Shown piece by piece: positions 29,626 to 38,677 of a DNA stretch of 64,000 nt. The notes beneath the pieces were generated by a model. It was not told the origin of the DNA. It made no database searches and saw only the letters and a list, made by a program, of their open reading frames with translations. Location: the NCBI RefSeq assembly GCF_002087085.1, contig NZ_MWQY01000001.1:248001-312000 (forward strand), in the 5' to 3' direction. Numbering within the stretch: position 1 is the first letter of the stretch; every line of letters starts with the position of its first letter. The translations under genes and the position numbers were made by a program.

Positions 29626-30140
29626 CGCTGCTTTCGCTGCTGCTTGCCTTTCTAAAGATCGGTGCTTTCAGTTTCGGCGGCGGATATGCCGCGATCCCCC
29701 TCATAGAAGTCGAGGTCGTTCGAGTGCACGGCTGGCTCTCCCCTCACCAGTTTGCCGACCTCATTGCAATCTCTCAGCTGACCCCCGGCCCGATTGCCAT
29801 TAACTCTGCCACCTTTATCGGATACAGGGTGGCCGGGATTCCGGGTTCAGTCCTTGCAACCCTGGGAGTTCTGCTTATTCCAATCCTTATTGTGATTCTT
29901 CTGTGGATTGTCGCGGACCGCTTCTACCATTCCAGCTGGATACAGGGTGCCCTGCTGGGGCTGAAGCCGGCGCTGGTTGCCCTGATTTTTTACAGCGCCT
30001 GGTCCATAGGCCGGGTAGCTTTTGATTCTTCAGGACCGATTCTGCTGGCCCTGGGAGCATACGCTGTTCTCCGATTTTCAAGACTGCATCCTGCTTTCAT
30101 TATTGCGGCTTCGGGGCTTGTGGGGTTTCTGTTTTTGTAA
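29622..30140 (+). CDS. chrA: Short-chain chromate transporter (CHR family), subunit 2
   Basis: FGGGYA, SQLTPGPIAINSATFIGY. Confidence 0.9.
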   Translation: MTLLSLLLAFLKIGAFSFGGGYAAIPLIEVEVVRVHGWLSPHQFADLIAISQLTPGPIAINSATFIGYRVAGIPGSVLATLGVLLIPILIVILLWIVADRFYHSSWIQGALLGLKPALVALIFYSAWSIGRVAFDSSGPILLALGAYAVLRFSRLHPAFIIAASGLVGFLFL

Positions 30141-30162
30141 TTCAGCGGATTACATACGATCC

Positions 30163-30190
30163 TTGACAGGAAAGACCCGTAGGGTATTAT
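30163..30190 (+). promoter_or_regulatory. Sigma70-type promoter, near-leaderless, for the EIIA-DAC gene
   Basis: TTGACA-16-TATTAT; ATG 8 nt after the -10. Confidence 0.6.
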
Positions 30191-30198
30191 TGAAGGTA

Positions 30199-31527
30199 AT
30201 GACAATTTTCAGTCGCATGCTGACGGAAGGCTCGGTGTTTATCTACCCGGCAGGTCAGGGAGTCAGCAAGGACGAGGTTATACGGCGCCTGTGTAGAGCC
30301 GTCGCCGCGGATCTGGGGGGAATGGATGCCGCTCAGGTCGAATCCCTGGTGCAGAAACGGGAGGCCTCCCTATCCACCCGGCTGAGTCCTCTCCTCGCAG
30401 TTCCCCACGCCGTTATCCCCCACAGTAAGGACAACAGGATGGCGGTGGCTGTTATTCCGGATGGTCTGGACTGGGACAGTGACCGGGATAATCCGGTTCG
30501 TCTCGTGATGTTGCTTGCGGGGGGAAGGGAAAAACACCTCAAGCTCCTCAGTGAAATGGCTGCGGTTCTGCAGAATGAAGAGCTCCTTGATCGCCTCATT
30601 TCCGCCCTGAATGCCGCAGAACTTATCTCCATTCTGCGTCAACCGGAGGAAACCCGGGGCAATATATACCATGATCGTCTGGGCATTTCTTCGCTTATTT
30701 TCAACGAGGCGGTGAGGATTCGGAATTCCATCGATTCCGCCCGTCTTCTGCTGCATGCCGATGCCATTGAGGATGATGAGTTTATCGAATCCCTTGTGGA
30801 GGGAACGGATGCAATTATCGTTACCAGCCGGGAGGGACGTTTCGATTCCCGGCTCACCGATGGAAACAGTCCGATTGTCATGCCCTTCAAAGGAGTCAAG
30901 CGTTCCGCCCATGTTCAGTTTACCCTGATGTATCTTCTCAGCCGAAAAGTGCTCAGCCAGACTGATATCATTGTAAATGTCTTCGGGCAGCCTGGTTCCG
31001 GTTTTCTTGATTCCCTTCGGCTGACCCGGCTCGAGGATGCGGAGATTCCCTTTTCATCTGCAACCGAAGGTTTCCCGGAGGACCTGGAGATCTCCACCTT
31101 CACCCGTGTCCTTCAGGTCGCGACCCAGATCGCCCTGGAGGGAAGGGAGGGGAAACCGGTGGGGACCCTTTTTGTGGTCGGCGATTACGATGGGGTCGTG
31201 CAATATACCAGGCAGATGATCGCCAATCCCTTTCATGGTTATCCCCGGGAGGACAGGAATATTCTTGATCCGAGCATTGAAGAGACGGTAAAGGAGTTCG
31301 CCCGCATCGACGGTGCCTTTATTATAAACGGTGACGGCACAATTGAATCCGCCGGGACCTATTTGTCCGGCCAGCCGACCGCCGAAGAGATGCATTCAGG
31401 CCTTGGCGCCCGGCATGCTGCAGCCCAGGGAATATCCGCCGTCAGTTCCGCTCTTGCTGTGGCAATATCCGAATCGACACGAAAGATAAGCGTCTTCAAA
31501 TCAGGACGGCTTATTATGGAATTATAA
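30199..31527 (+). CDS. PTS EIIA-domain/diadenylate cyclase (DisA_N, DacZ-like) fusion
   Basis: N-terminal RE...ST...AVPHA EIIA motif; C-terminal EGREGKPVGTLF, DGAF, GLGARHAAA, AISES. Confidence 0.88.
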   Translation: MTIFSRMLTEGSVFIYPAGQGVSKDEVIRRLCRAVAADLGGMDAAQVESLVQKREASLSTRLSPLLAVPHAVIPHSKDNRMAVAVIPDGLDWDSDRDNPVRLVMLLAGGREKHLKLLSEMAAVLQNEELLDRLISALNAAELISILRQPEETRGNIYHDRLGISSLIFNEAVRIRNSIDSARLLLHADAIEDDEFIESLVEGTDAIIVTSREGRFDSRLTDGNSPIVMPFKGVKRSAHVQFTLMYLLSRKVLSQTDIIVNVFGQPGSGFLDSLRLTRLEDAEIPFSSATEGFPEDLEISTFTRVLQVATQIALEGREGKPVGTLFVVGDYDGVVQYTRQMIANPFHGYPREDRNILDPSIEETVKEFARIDGAFIINGDGTIESAGTYLSGQPTAEEMHSGLGARHAAAQGISAVSSALAVAISESTRKISVFKSGRLIMEL

Positions 31528-31561
31528 AAAGACCCCGAATATAAGATGTAAGGAGAATGTT

Positions 31562-32467
31562 GTGAGTAAAAGAATTCTGTTCACCGGCGGTACAGGAAAA
31601 GCAGGCAAACACGTGATCCCCTGGCTGATGGAAAAGGGCTATCGTATTCTGAACTTTGATCTGAAAGCCCTTGATACTCCCGGTGTGCATACTCTTATCG
31701 GGGATGTAACCGACAGCGGTCAGGTCTTCAATGCCATGACAAGTCATTTCGGTTTTGACGGACTGGAGAAGGGCTCCGCCCCGGGACCGGTGGATGCGGT
31801 TGTACACTTTGCGGCGGTACCGCGGATTCTCATCAATACCGATAACGAGACCTACCGGGTCAATGTAATGGGTACCTACAATATTATCGAGGCGGCCATG
31901 AAGCTGGGGATCCGCAAGGTAGTAATTGCTTCCAGCGAGACCACGTATGGTGTCTGCTTTGCCGAAGGAGATAAAGATTATCACAGTTTTCCCCTGGATG
32001 AGGAGTACGACGTGGATCCCATGGACAGCTACGGACTCTCCAAGGTGGTGAACGAACGTACTGCCCGCGCCTTTGCCGCCAGATTCAAGGCTGATGTCTA
32101 CGCTCTGCGGATTGGAAACGTGATTGAACCTCACGAGTACAACAGGTTTCCCGGTTTTGTCGCTGACCCGCCCTCCCGCAAGCGTAATGCCTGGAGTTAT
32201 GTTGATGCCCGGGACCTGGCGCAGATTGTACATCTCTGCCTGGAGAAAGACGGATTGGGCTTTCAGGTTTTTAATGCTGTAAACGACACGATAACCGCGG
32301 ACATCCCCACGGAGGAGTTTCTCGGCCGCTGGTCTCCCGGAGTCCCCCTGACCCGACCGATTCCCGGAGATGAGGCCCCCCTGTCAAATAAGAAGGCTCG
32401 GGAAATCCTGGGTTTCAGGGAGCAGCACAACTGGCGGGAGGAGCTGAAGAAGCTGCCGCATCAGTAG
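31562..32467 (+). CDS. NAD-dependent epimerase/dehydratase
   Basis: TGGTGKAG, HFAA, ASS, YGLSK. Confidence 0.92.
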   Translation: MSKRILFTGGTGKAGKHVIPWLMEKGYRILNFDLKALDTPGVHTLIGDVTDSGQVFNAMTSHFGFDGLEKGSAPGPVDAVVHFAAVPRILINTDNETYRVNVMGTYNIIEAAMKLGIRKVVIASSETTYGVCFAEGDKDYHSFPLDEEYDVDPMDSYGLSKVVNERTARAFAARFKADVYALRIGNVIEPHEYNRFPGFVADPPSRKRNAWSYVDARDLAQIVHLCLEKDGLGFQVFNAVNDTITADIPTEEFLGRWSPGVPLTRPIPGDEAPLSNKKAREILGFREQHNWREELKKLPHQ

Positions 32468-32475
32468 ATCTCAAT

Positions 32476-32881
32476 AAGGCCAGCCGTACCGGCAGACCTT
32501 TTTCCGTTCTGGAGCTGATGGGAGTCCTCTCCGACCGTTGACATCCTGTCTCCGGTCTTCGAGCCGCCTTCGTTCGCTGCCGCGCACATCCTGTGCGCTC
32601 TTCCTCGCACCTGCTCGGCGCTCACTTTGTTTCGACTCCCACCTCTTACAAAAAACAAGAGGCCCGCAAAAGCGGACCTCTTGTTTTTGGAGCTGATGGG
32701 AGTCCCTTCCGGTCGGCGGCTTCGTGCCTCCTCCCTCCAGGCCGCCGCGCTCACTGGCGCTAAACATCCTGTTTAGCTTCCGGCCCTTTACGGGCCGCGT
32801 TCGCTTGTTTCGACTCCCATCTCTTATAAAAACAACAGGCCCGCAAAAGCGGACCTCTTGTTTTTGGAGCTGATGGGAGTC
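32476..32881 (-). repeat. tRNA-linked tandem repeat array, about 178-bp period, with three copies of the tRNA-Ala 3' end (counting the tRNA itself)
   Basis: TGGAGCTGATGGGAGTC at 32510-32526, 32688-32704 and 32865-32881; near-identical 77-78-bp blocks at 32627-32704 and 32805-32881; 100-nt spacers. Confidence 0.92.
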
Positions 32882-32938
32882 GAACCCACGACCTGTTGAT
32901 TGCGAACCAACCGCTCTAGCCGGCTGAGCTACAGCCCC
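32865..32938 (-). tRNA. tRNA-Ala (anticodon CGC), CCA not encoded
   Basis: GGGGCTGTAGCTCAG...GTTGG-TTCGCAA-TCAAC...GGTTCGACTCC-CAT-CAGCTCCA; G3:U70 alanine determinant. Confidence 0.97.
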
Positions 32939-33071
32939 TTCTATTTAAAGCCTTTTATTGTAAACAGTTATCCAGATAATTATAGGAATTATAATATGGA
33001 TCTTAAAAAAAGTACACTGAAAAATTGAGACGGGCCGGTATTTCGGCAGTATATTTTTACAAGAGGAAAAT

Positions 33072-33584
33072 ATGAAAAAGCGATCCACTGTCATGCTGAT
33101 GAGCTGCGTGCTTGGGATCGTTACCTGCTTCTCCCTTGAGGCTCAGCAGATTTTTTCAGTGGAACTTGACCAACTCCTTACACCCAGGGCCGCGGTGGAA
33201 TTCCTTTTACAGCCGCAGACAGGGCTTCGCGGATCTTTAGGCGTATCGGTACTCGGTTTTCCCACCGTCTCCTATGGACTTGTAGCTGTGCGCCATATGA
33301 GATCTCCGGACAGTAAATTCCAGCTTGATCTGGAAGGCGGTTTACCCGTCGGCTATTTCAACCTGCTGGAAGGGGCCTGTATTGACTGGGACCCCAACAT
33401 AGACGATCCTTTTGCCGGGTGGCTCTGGGGCGGAGGCATCAGCTGGGGATGGAGAAGCAGACAGCGGCAGTTCTCCCTTTTCACGGGCTGCTCCGCCTGG
33501 TGGGAGGTCCAGCGGGATTCCGGCTGGAAAGGTCCCGGCCCGATCTTCCTTGTGTTGCTGCGTTATTCCAGGCTGAAGGGATAG
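33072..33584 (+). CDS. Exported hypothetical protein (possible small beta-barrel)
   Basis: SD GAGG, signal peptide, Trp/Gly-rich strands. Confidence 0.7.
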   Translation: MKKRSTVMLMSCVLGIVTCFSLEAQQIFSVELDQLLTPRAAVEFLLQPQTGLRGSLGVSVLGFPTVSYGLVAVRHMRSPDSKFQLDLEGGLPVGYFNLLEGACIDWDPNIDDPFAGWLWGGGISWGWRSRQRQFSLFTGCSAWWEVQRDSGWKGPGPIFLVLLRYSRLKG

Positions 33585-33607
33585 GGCTTTTCAGGCCGCC
33601 TGTCTAT

Positions 33608-34876
33608 TTATACCAGGTTACCTTTTTCGTCAAAGCGGAAATCGTAGGGGCCTTCCAGCACCTCCAGGTTCGGGTTTTGTTCTACCTCCATCATAAGGGT
33701 TTCAGATACTTCAAACTCTTCCAGGGAGAGGGTGTCCCGGATTCGTACGAGTCGCGCCCGGGTTTTATCCCACAGCAGGCAGGTCTTTATTGCTGCCTGG
33801 ATTGCCTGACGATCGTTCTTCATAACCAGGGGTATTTTTGATGAAACTGTCACGTTCGAGGTCAGGGAGTTGGGGTAGGATGCGGCGAAATCGAACTTTT
33901 CAAAGGCCCGTCGGGTTGTAAAATCCCCGATTCCCAGGCCGCAGCCGTTACCGTGAGAGGCTTCAGTAATATCAAGGATGCTTATCCGGGTTACCGAGGG
34001 GCCTCCGCTGCCGAGGCCGGTATGATAGCGGCCCACCACGTTGGGGTCCAGTCCCGCCCCGCTGATTTCTTTACCTATACGGTCGATTATCAGCGCCTCC
34101 AGTTCCTTGAAGGGTACCCGGGCAAGGAGTTTCTTGGCCCGTTTTTGAAGCTCCAGTTCTTTCTTCTCTATTTCTTCCCGGGCTACTACATGGATTTCCG
34201 CCGTCTCATGCAGACCGTTTTCCAGCATGGCCAGTCCGAACAGAATGGAAGCCTTATCGATTATTGTCCTGGATATTTCCAGAAGCCTGGGTTCCATCTG
34301 CTCAAAACCCAGTTCGTGACATATTTCTGCACCCTTCTGTTTTCCAAGACCGATGACGCTCATCTTGATTAGTCCGCTTTCAATTTCGCCGGTAAAGGAT
34401 GTGTGAACCTTTACGCGGTTTACCAGGATTATTCCGTCGGCTTCGTGGGCATACCTGTCAATATATACCGGAAGGCCCGAGGGAGTCTGCCCGATTTGTA
34501 CAGTCTCCATGCTCGCTCGTATAGGCGCCCCGGTGTATTCTTCGGTAAAACCAAGGTCCCGGAGGATCTCGATCTGTCCTTCTGCGGTGGCGCCGCCGTG
34601 ACTCCCCATTGCGGGAATCAGAAACGGTTCGGCTCCGGCTTTTCTCAGCTCTTCCACCAGGGTTTTTACCACCAGGGGCTGATTGACGATTCCCCGGCTG
34701 CCCACGGTTATTGCTATGCTTTGTCCCCTCTTGATTTTTGCAAGCGCCTTGCCGGAGGCAAGCTGCTTACGGACTTCGCCGGGAACATCGGATATGGACG
34801 GGCCTTCAATGCGGTGGCGCACACGGTACATCCTCGGTAGTGGCATCGGGTCGAGAATTTTGCTTATGGAATCCAT
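33608..34876 (-). CDS. Lactate racemase (LarA/DUF2088)-like domain protein
   Basis: GSRGI, PAMGSHGGATAEGQ, NRVKVHT, GLGKQKGA, GKEISGAGLDPN. Confidence 0.82.
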   Translation of the reverse strand: MDSISKILDPMPLPRMYRVRHRIEGPSISDVPGEVRKQLASGKALAKIKRGQSIAITVGSRGIVNQPLVVKTLVEELRKAGAEPFLIPAMGSHGGATAEGQIEILRDLGFTEEYTGAPIRASMETVQIGQTPSGLPVYIDRYAHEADGIILVNRVKVHTSFTGEIESGLIKMSVIGLGKQKGAEICHELGFEQMEPRLLEISRTIIDKASILFGLAMLENGLHETAEIHVVAREEIEKKELELQKRAKKLLARVPFKELEALIIDRIGKEISGAGLDPNVVGRYHTGLGSGGPSVTRISILDITEASHGNGCGLGIGDFTTRRAFEKFDFAASYPNSLTSNVTVSSKIPLVMKNDRQAIQAAIKTCLLWDKTRARLVRIRDTLSLEEFEVSETLMMEVEQNPNLEVLEGPYDFRFDEKGNLV

Positions 34877-34906
34877 AAAATCTCCTGCTTGATGTGGTGA
34901 AAAATA

Positions 34907-34916
34907 TGGTATACAA
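34907..34916. promoter_or_regulatory. Putative GntR operator TGGTATACAA (copy 1)
   Basis: Identical 10-mer at 35060-35069 and 38639-38648. Confidence 0.65.
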
Positions 34917-35018
34917 AAGTAATAATATCGTATTCTTGAAAAATACCAGCTGGAATTATATTCGGCATTGAAAGGAACTTCAAGGGCAAAAAGAGCCTTT
35001 ATTCTGATCCATTTTTCA

Positions 35019-35078
35019 TTGACAGATGTATTATTTGCTCTTAGAATAAAAAATATTATTGGTATACAATGTATTCAA
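35019..35078 (+). promoter_or_regulatory. Sigma70 promoter of the tct operon with downstream GntR operator
   Basis: TTGACA-17-TAGAAT (35019-35047), then TGGTATACAA-TGTATTCAA. Confidence 0.7.
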
Positions 35079-35117
35079 AAAAGTACACAATTCAATTTCC
35101 AGTTCCAGGAGGTTCTC

Positions 35118-36251
35118 ATGAAGAAAAGGATTTTTATTGGTTTAGTTGGTGCCTTACTCGTGCTTGCTCTTGCAATGCCGGTATTCGCCGAAGGTGCCAA
35201 GGAGGGTGGTGATGCTGCCCCCGAATGGCCTACTCGACCCATCACGGTTATGCTCGGATGGTCCGCAGGTGGAACATCCGATACCACCGCACGTGCCGTA
35301 GCTCAGGAAATGTCTGAGTATCTGGGGGTCGAAATCAAGATTACAAATATGGAAGGTGCCAACGGTGGTATCGCGTATCAGAACGTGTATCAGGCCGAAA
35401 GTGACGGTTACCGCTGGTTCGGTGGGGCCCAGGTACAGGCGACATATCCCATTACACGGCAGGCCAAGGTGGGCTGGGAAGAGTTCTATCCTTTCCCTGC
35501 AGGTATGGGTGCAACTACCATCTATGTACGCACCGATTCCGGGTATGATGATATTACCGATCTTGTGGATGCCATCAAGAGCGGAAACAAGGTGGTAAAA
35601 TACGGTTCCACCAGCCGCGGCGGTAACGGCTCAATTTTTGGCGAGGTTTTTGCTCAGGCTGCAGGGATCGCTGACAAGGTCCAGGAAGTTCCCTACAACG
35701 GCGGCCGCGAAGCAGGACGATACCTCCTGTCCGGCGACGTTGAATACATTTCCGTATCCCTCGGGGATGTTTCCGACTGGGCCGAAGAAGGTAGAATCAA
35801 ACCAGTTCTTAATCTGTACGACAAAGACTATGTATGGCGAGGTGTAACTTTCCCGACAGTAAACAAGTACTATCCTGAACTGGAAGTCTATATGTCCATC
35901 AACCCATACTGGGGAATTGCTGTAAAACGTGATACCCCGGAGGCGGTTATCGAAAAGATGGCTGAGGCTTTTGTGTACGCTGTAAAGCAGGATCGCTTCA
36001 AGGCTGCTCTTGAATCCAGAGGTATTATTGTAAATCCCAAAATGGGAGATGCTGCGGACGAGGCGGCAGCAATTGTAGGTGCCGGCCGTGGCTGGGCTCA
36101 GTACGACTATGGCATCGTTGATGTAAGCCCTGAAACTCTTGGAATTCCAAGGGTAACTGAATGGGAATGGCCTTACAACGAAACATCAGCCAACATTCGC
36201 CCCTGGCCTGCCAAGGCTGAGGAGCTGTATGAAAGCGAGCTGGCCGACTAA
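35118..36251 (+). CDS. tctC: Tripartite tricarboxylate transporter substrate-binding protein
   Basis: SD AGGAGG; signal peptide; WPTRPI...W-x-AGG-x-SD, N-x-x-GANG, PYNGG. Confidence 0.9.
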   Translation: MKKRIFIGLVGALLVLALAMPVFAEGAKEGGDAAPEWPTRPITVMLGWSAGGTSDTTARAVAQEMSEYLGVEIKITNMEGANGGIAYQNVYQAESDGYRWFGGAQVQATYPITRQAKVGWEEFYPFPAGMGATTIYVRTDSGYDDITDLVDAIKSGNKVVKYGSTSRGGNGSIFGEVFAQAAGIADKVQEVPYNGGREAGRYLLSGDVEYISVSLGDVSDWAEEGRIKPVLNLYDKDYVWRGVTFPTVNKYYPELEVYMSINPYWGIAVKRDTPEAVIEKMAEAFVYAVKQDRFKAALESRGIIVNPKMGDAADEAAAIVGAGRGWAQYDYGIVDVSPETLGIPRVTEWEWPYNETSANIRPWPAKAEELYESELAD

Positions 36252-36297
36252 GAGGGCGGCACAATAACTTTACTCAGGATTTCTTTCAGAATTATCA

Positions 36298-36325
36298 TCA
36301 GAGGCAGCCGTCAGGCTGCCTCTGA
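36298..36325. terminator. Hairpin after tctC
   Basis: TCAGAGGCAGCC / GGCTGCCTCTGA 12-bp stem. Confidence 0.6.
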
Positions 36326-36433
36326 ATCTGCAAAAAGCAATACCAAGGCACCTTAAGAAAATGGCAGTAAAAAGGGTAGTTTTAAAGGTGACCTGTAATC
36401 ATACTGTAGCCTAATTAGAGAGAGGCATTAATC

Positions 36434-36940
36434 ATGAAAGATAATCAGCCGAATGAACAGATGAAGCCTTCAGGTCATGAAACACTTTCCGATATCCTGG
36501 CGGCCTGTTTTTTTCTTCTGTTCGCGATACTCATGTTTATCGGCGCCACCCAGTTTACCTATAAATCCAATATGGGCTTTATTACATCGGCGGGTTTTAC
36601 CCCTATGCTTCTGTCCGTACTGGTTTCCGTATTATCGGTTATTCTTATTATTGAGACCTTGAAGAAAAACAAATCTGCGAGTCTAAGTATAAGCGAATGG
36701 TTTAAGAATGCCCGTGGGGATGAAGCTGTCAGGCGGTCTGTTGCTCTGATCGTAATGACCGGGATCTATATTGTCCTGGTGGGCGTGGTTAATTTTATTC
36801 TTATTACCTTCGTTTTCTTGTTTGTGATCTACTATTACCTGCAGGTTGGAAGACTCTGGCGCGTTCTGTTATACAGTGCCATGAATACGGTACTTATCGC
36901 CTATATAGTCCCAACCGTATATCAGATGCCGTTACCCTAA
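36434..36940 (+). CDS. tctB: Tripartite tricarboxylate transporter small subunit
   Basis: 4-5 TM helices, C-terminal PLP, position between tctC and tctA. Confidence 0.85.
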   Translation: MKDNQPNEQMKPSGHETLSDILAACFFLLFAILMFIGATQFTYKSNMGFITSAGFTPMLLSVLVSVLSVILIIETLKKNKSASLSISEWFKNARGDEAVRRSVALIVMTGIYIVLVGVVNFILITFVFLFVIYYYLQVGRLWRVLLYSAMNTVLIAYIVPTVYQMPLP

Positions 36941-37000
36941 GCAGGATTTCAAATTGTTATGAAGAATACGACATTATGTAACCCTAGGGAGGTTGGCTAG

Positions 37001-38506
37001 ATGGATTGGGGCATACTTATACAGGAGTGGACGATGCTGCCGAGCATGGCCCTCTCCGTTCTTACAAACCCGCAAACCCTTATGGGGCTTGTCCTCGGTG
37101 GTCTGCTGGGAATAATCGGCGGAATCCTGCCGGGAATCTCTGCGGTCATGTCCATGACCCTTATGCTCGGCTTCGTGTTCAAGATGCCTGTGGACGCCGG
37201 AATCGGGCTTCTTGTGGGGATCTATACCGGGGCGATTTACGGCGGAAGTATTACGGCTATTCTTCTGAATATGCCCGGGACACCCGCTGCTGCGGCAACC
37301 GTTCTTGACGGACACGCCATGGCAAGAAACGGAAAATCCCGCGAGGCCGTAGGGCTTGCAACCTGGTCGAGTTTCTTTGGAGAAATCGGCGGAGAACTGG
37401 GCACCTTTATTCTGCTGCCCTTCATTGCCGTGGTAGCCTTGAAGCTCGGGGACTGGGAAATCTTTCTTGTATCCCTGATCGGACTAACCCTTGCCGGTGC
37501 ACTTGGTGCCAAGAATCCTGTGAAGGGATGGATTGCGGCTTTCGCCGGCTTTCTGGTTGTAATGATCGGTACAGACCCCATCTGGGGTGTCTTCCGCTAT
37601 GGTTATACTCCGGCCCTGATGCGGGGAGTAAAATTCCTGCCTGTTCTTATCGGTCTCTTCGGTATCGCCGAAGTTTTCTGGGTTCTGCGCGACAGGGTTC
37701 CATACCAGTTGACCGAGAAGCCTGGACGCATGATTGCCAGGGTTCGGGATTTCAAGGGAAACATCAGAACAATCTTCAGATCCATAATGATAGGAATTGG
37801 GGTCGGAATAGTACCCGGGGTTGGTGAGTCTGTGGCTCCCTGGCTGGCCTACGACATGGCCCAGAGAAAATCGAAGGACGGCAGCAAGTTCGGCACCGGT
37901 ATTCCCGAGGGAGTCATCGCTCCGGAGGTCGCGAACAACGCCACCTCCGGCGGGGCCTTGATTCCCATGCTGGTTCTGGGTATTCCCGGAAGCGGTCCTA
38001 CAGCCGTTATGCTCGCAGCGCTGTTCATGTACGGTATCCGGCCGGGTCCCATGCTCATTATCGAATTCCCCGGATTCATCGCGAAGGTTATCTTTCTTTT
38101 CTGGGTTTCAGCGGTGATATTCCGGCTCTTGTCCTGGCTGCTGTCCAAATATTTTATCGGACTCCTGTCGGTCCGGCGGGAGGTTATACTTCCGGTTGCA
38201 GTGGGACTCGGAATAATCGGCGCCTGGGGCGTTGGGTTCAATACCTTTGATGTTCTGGTCATGTTTATCTTCGGCGTCGTCGGATATGTAATGCGCCTGA
38301 GAAGCTTTCCCCTGGCACCCATGGTCCTGGGAGTTATGATAGGCACCGTGGCTGACCAGTCCCTGCGCCGCGCTCTCGTTACCTATTCCGGTAACATCCC
38401 CGGTATGTTTATGCGGCCCTTCGGCCTGGTGCTGCTCATCGCATTTATCATCATCATCTACAGTCAGATGAAGTTCCGCAAGAAACTGAAGATTCAGGAT
38501 GAGTAG
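37001..38506 (+). CDS. tctA: Tripartite tricarboxylate transporter large subunit
   Basis: YGGSITAILLNMPGTPA, PEVANNA, LGIPGS, PGP. Confidence 0.95.
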   Translation: MDWGILIQEWTMLPSMALSVLTNPQTLMGLVLGGLLGIIGGILPGISAVMSMTLMLGFVFKMPVDAGIGLLVGIYTGAIYGGSITAILLNMPGTPAAAATVLDGHAMARNGKSREAVGLATWSSFFGEIGGELGTFILLPFIAVVALKLGDWEIFLVSLIGLTLAGALGAKNPVKGWIAAFAGFLVVMIGTDPIWGVFRYGYTPALMRGVKFLPVLIGLFGIAEVFWVLRDRVPYQLTEKPGRMIARVRDFKGNIRTIFRSIMIGIGVGIVPGVGESVAPWLAYDMAQRKSKDGSKFGTGIPEGVIAPEVANNATSGGALIPMLVLGIPGSGPTAVMLAALFMYGIRPGPMLIIEFPGFIAKVIFLFWVSAVIFRLLSWLLSKYFIGLLSVRREVILPVAVGLGIIGAWGVGFNTFDVLVMFIFGVVGYVMRLRSFPLAPMVLGVMIGTVADQSLRRALVTYSGNIPGMFMRPFGLVLLIAFIIIIYSQMKFRKKLKIQDE

Positions 38507-38524
38507 GATTTCGGAGTAAAACAG

Positions 38525-38551
38525 TACGGGGGATCTGTCAGATCCCCCGTA
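38525..38551. terminator. Palindrome after tctA
   Basis: TACGGGGGATCTG-T-CAGATCCCCCGTA. Confidence 0.55.
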
Positions 38552-38619
38552 TGAAATATGCCTGGTGTATGATAAAGTGCCAGGCATACGGATCGTGACA
38601 TACTATATGCTGGAGCCCC

Positions 38620-38648
38620 TTGACTTATGGTATCCAATTGGTATACAA
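38620..38648 (+). promoter_or_regulatory. gntR promoter with tandem operator (autoregulation)
   Basis: TTGACT followed by TGGTATCCAA and TGGTATACAA. Confidence 0.65.
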
Positions 38649-38677
38649 ATATTTTACAAGGCGGGTCAACCTGAAAA

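Noticed and set aside
32461..32767. 97-98-aa ORFs across the repeat array
   Set aside because: They are translations of structured repeats with no SD or protein-like features.
32476..32881. Repeat-spacer array as a CRISPR
   Set aside because: Repeats (~78 bp) and spacers (100 bp) are too long, the repeats derive from the tRNA 3' end, and there are no cas genes in the window.
32510..32938. tRNA 3' duplications as attL/attR of a genomic island
   Set aside because: Only ~160 bp lie between copies and there is no integrase; ancient scars cannot be fully excluded.
14310..35117. Extended ORF-track starts (14310, 14377, 22379, 24359, 30022, 34968)
   Set aside because: They overlap neighbouring genes or promoters; downstream starts are better supported by SD, signal peptide, stop-start overlap or lack of overlap.
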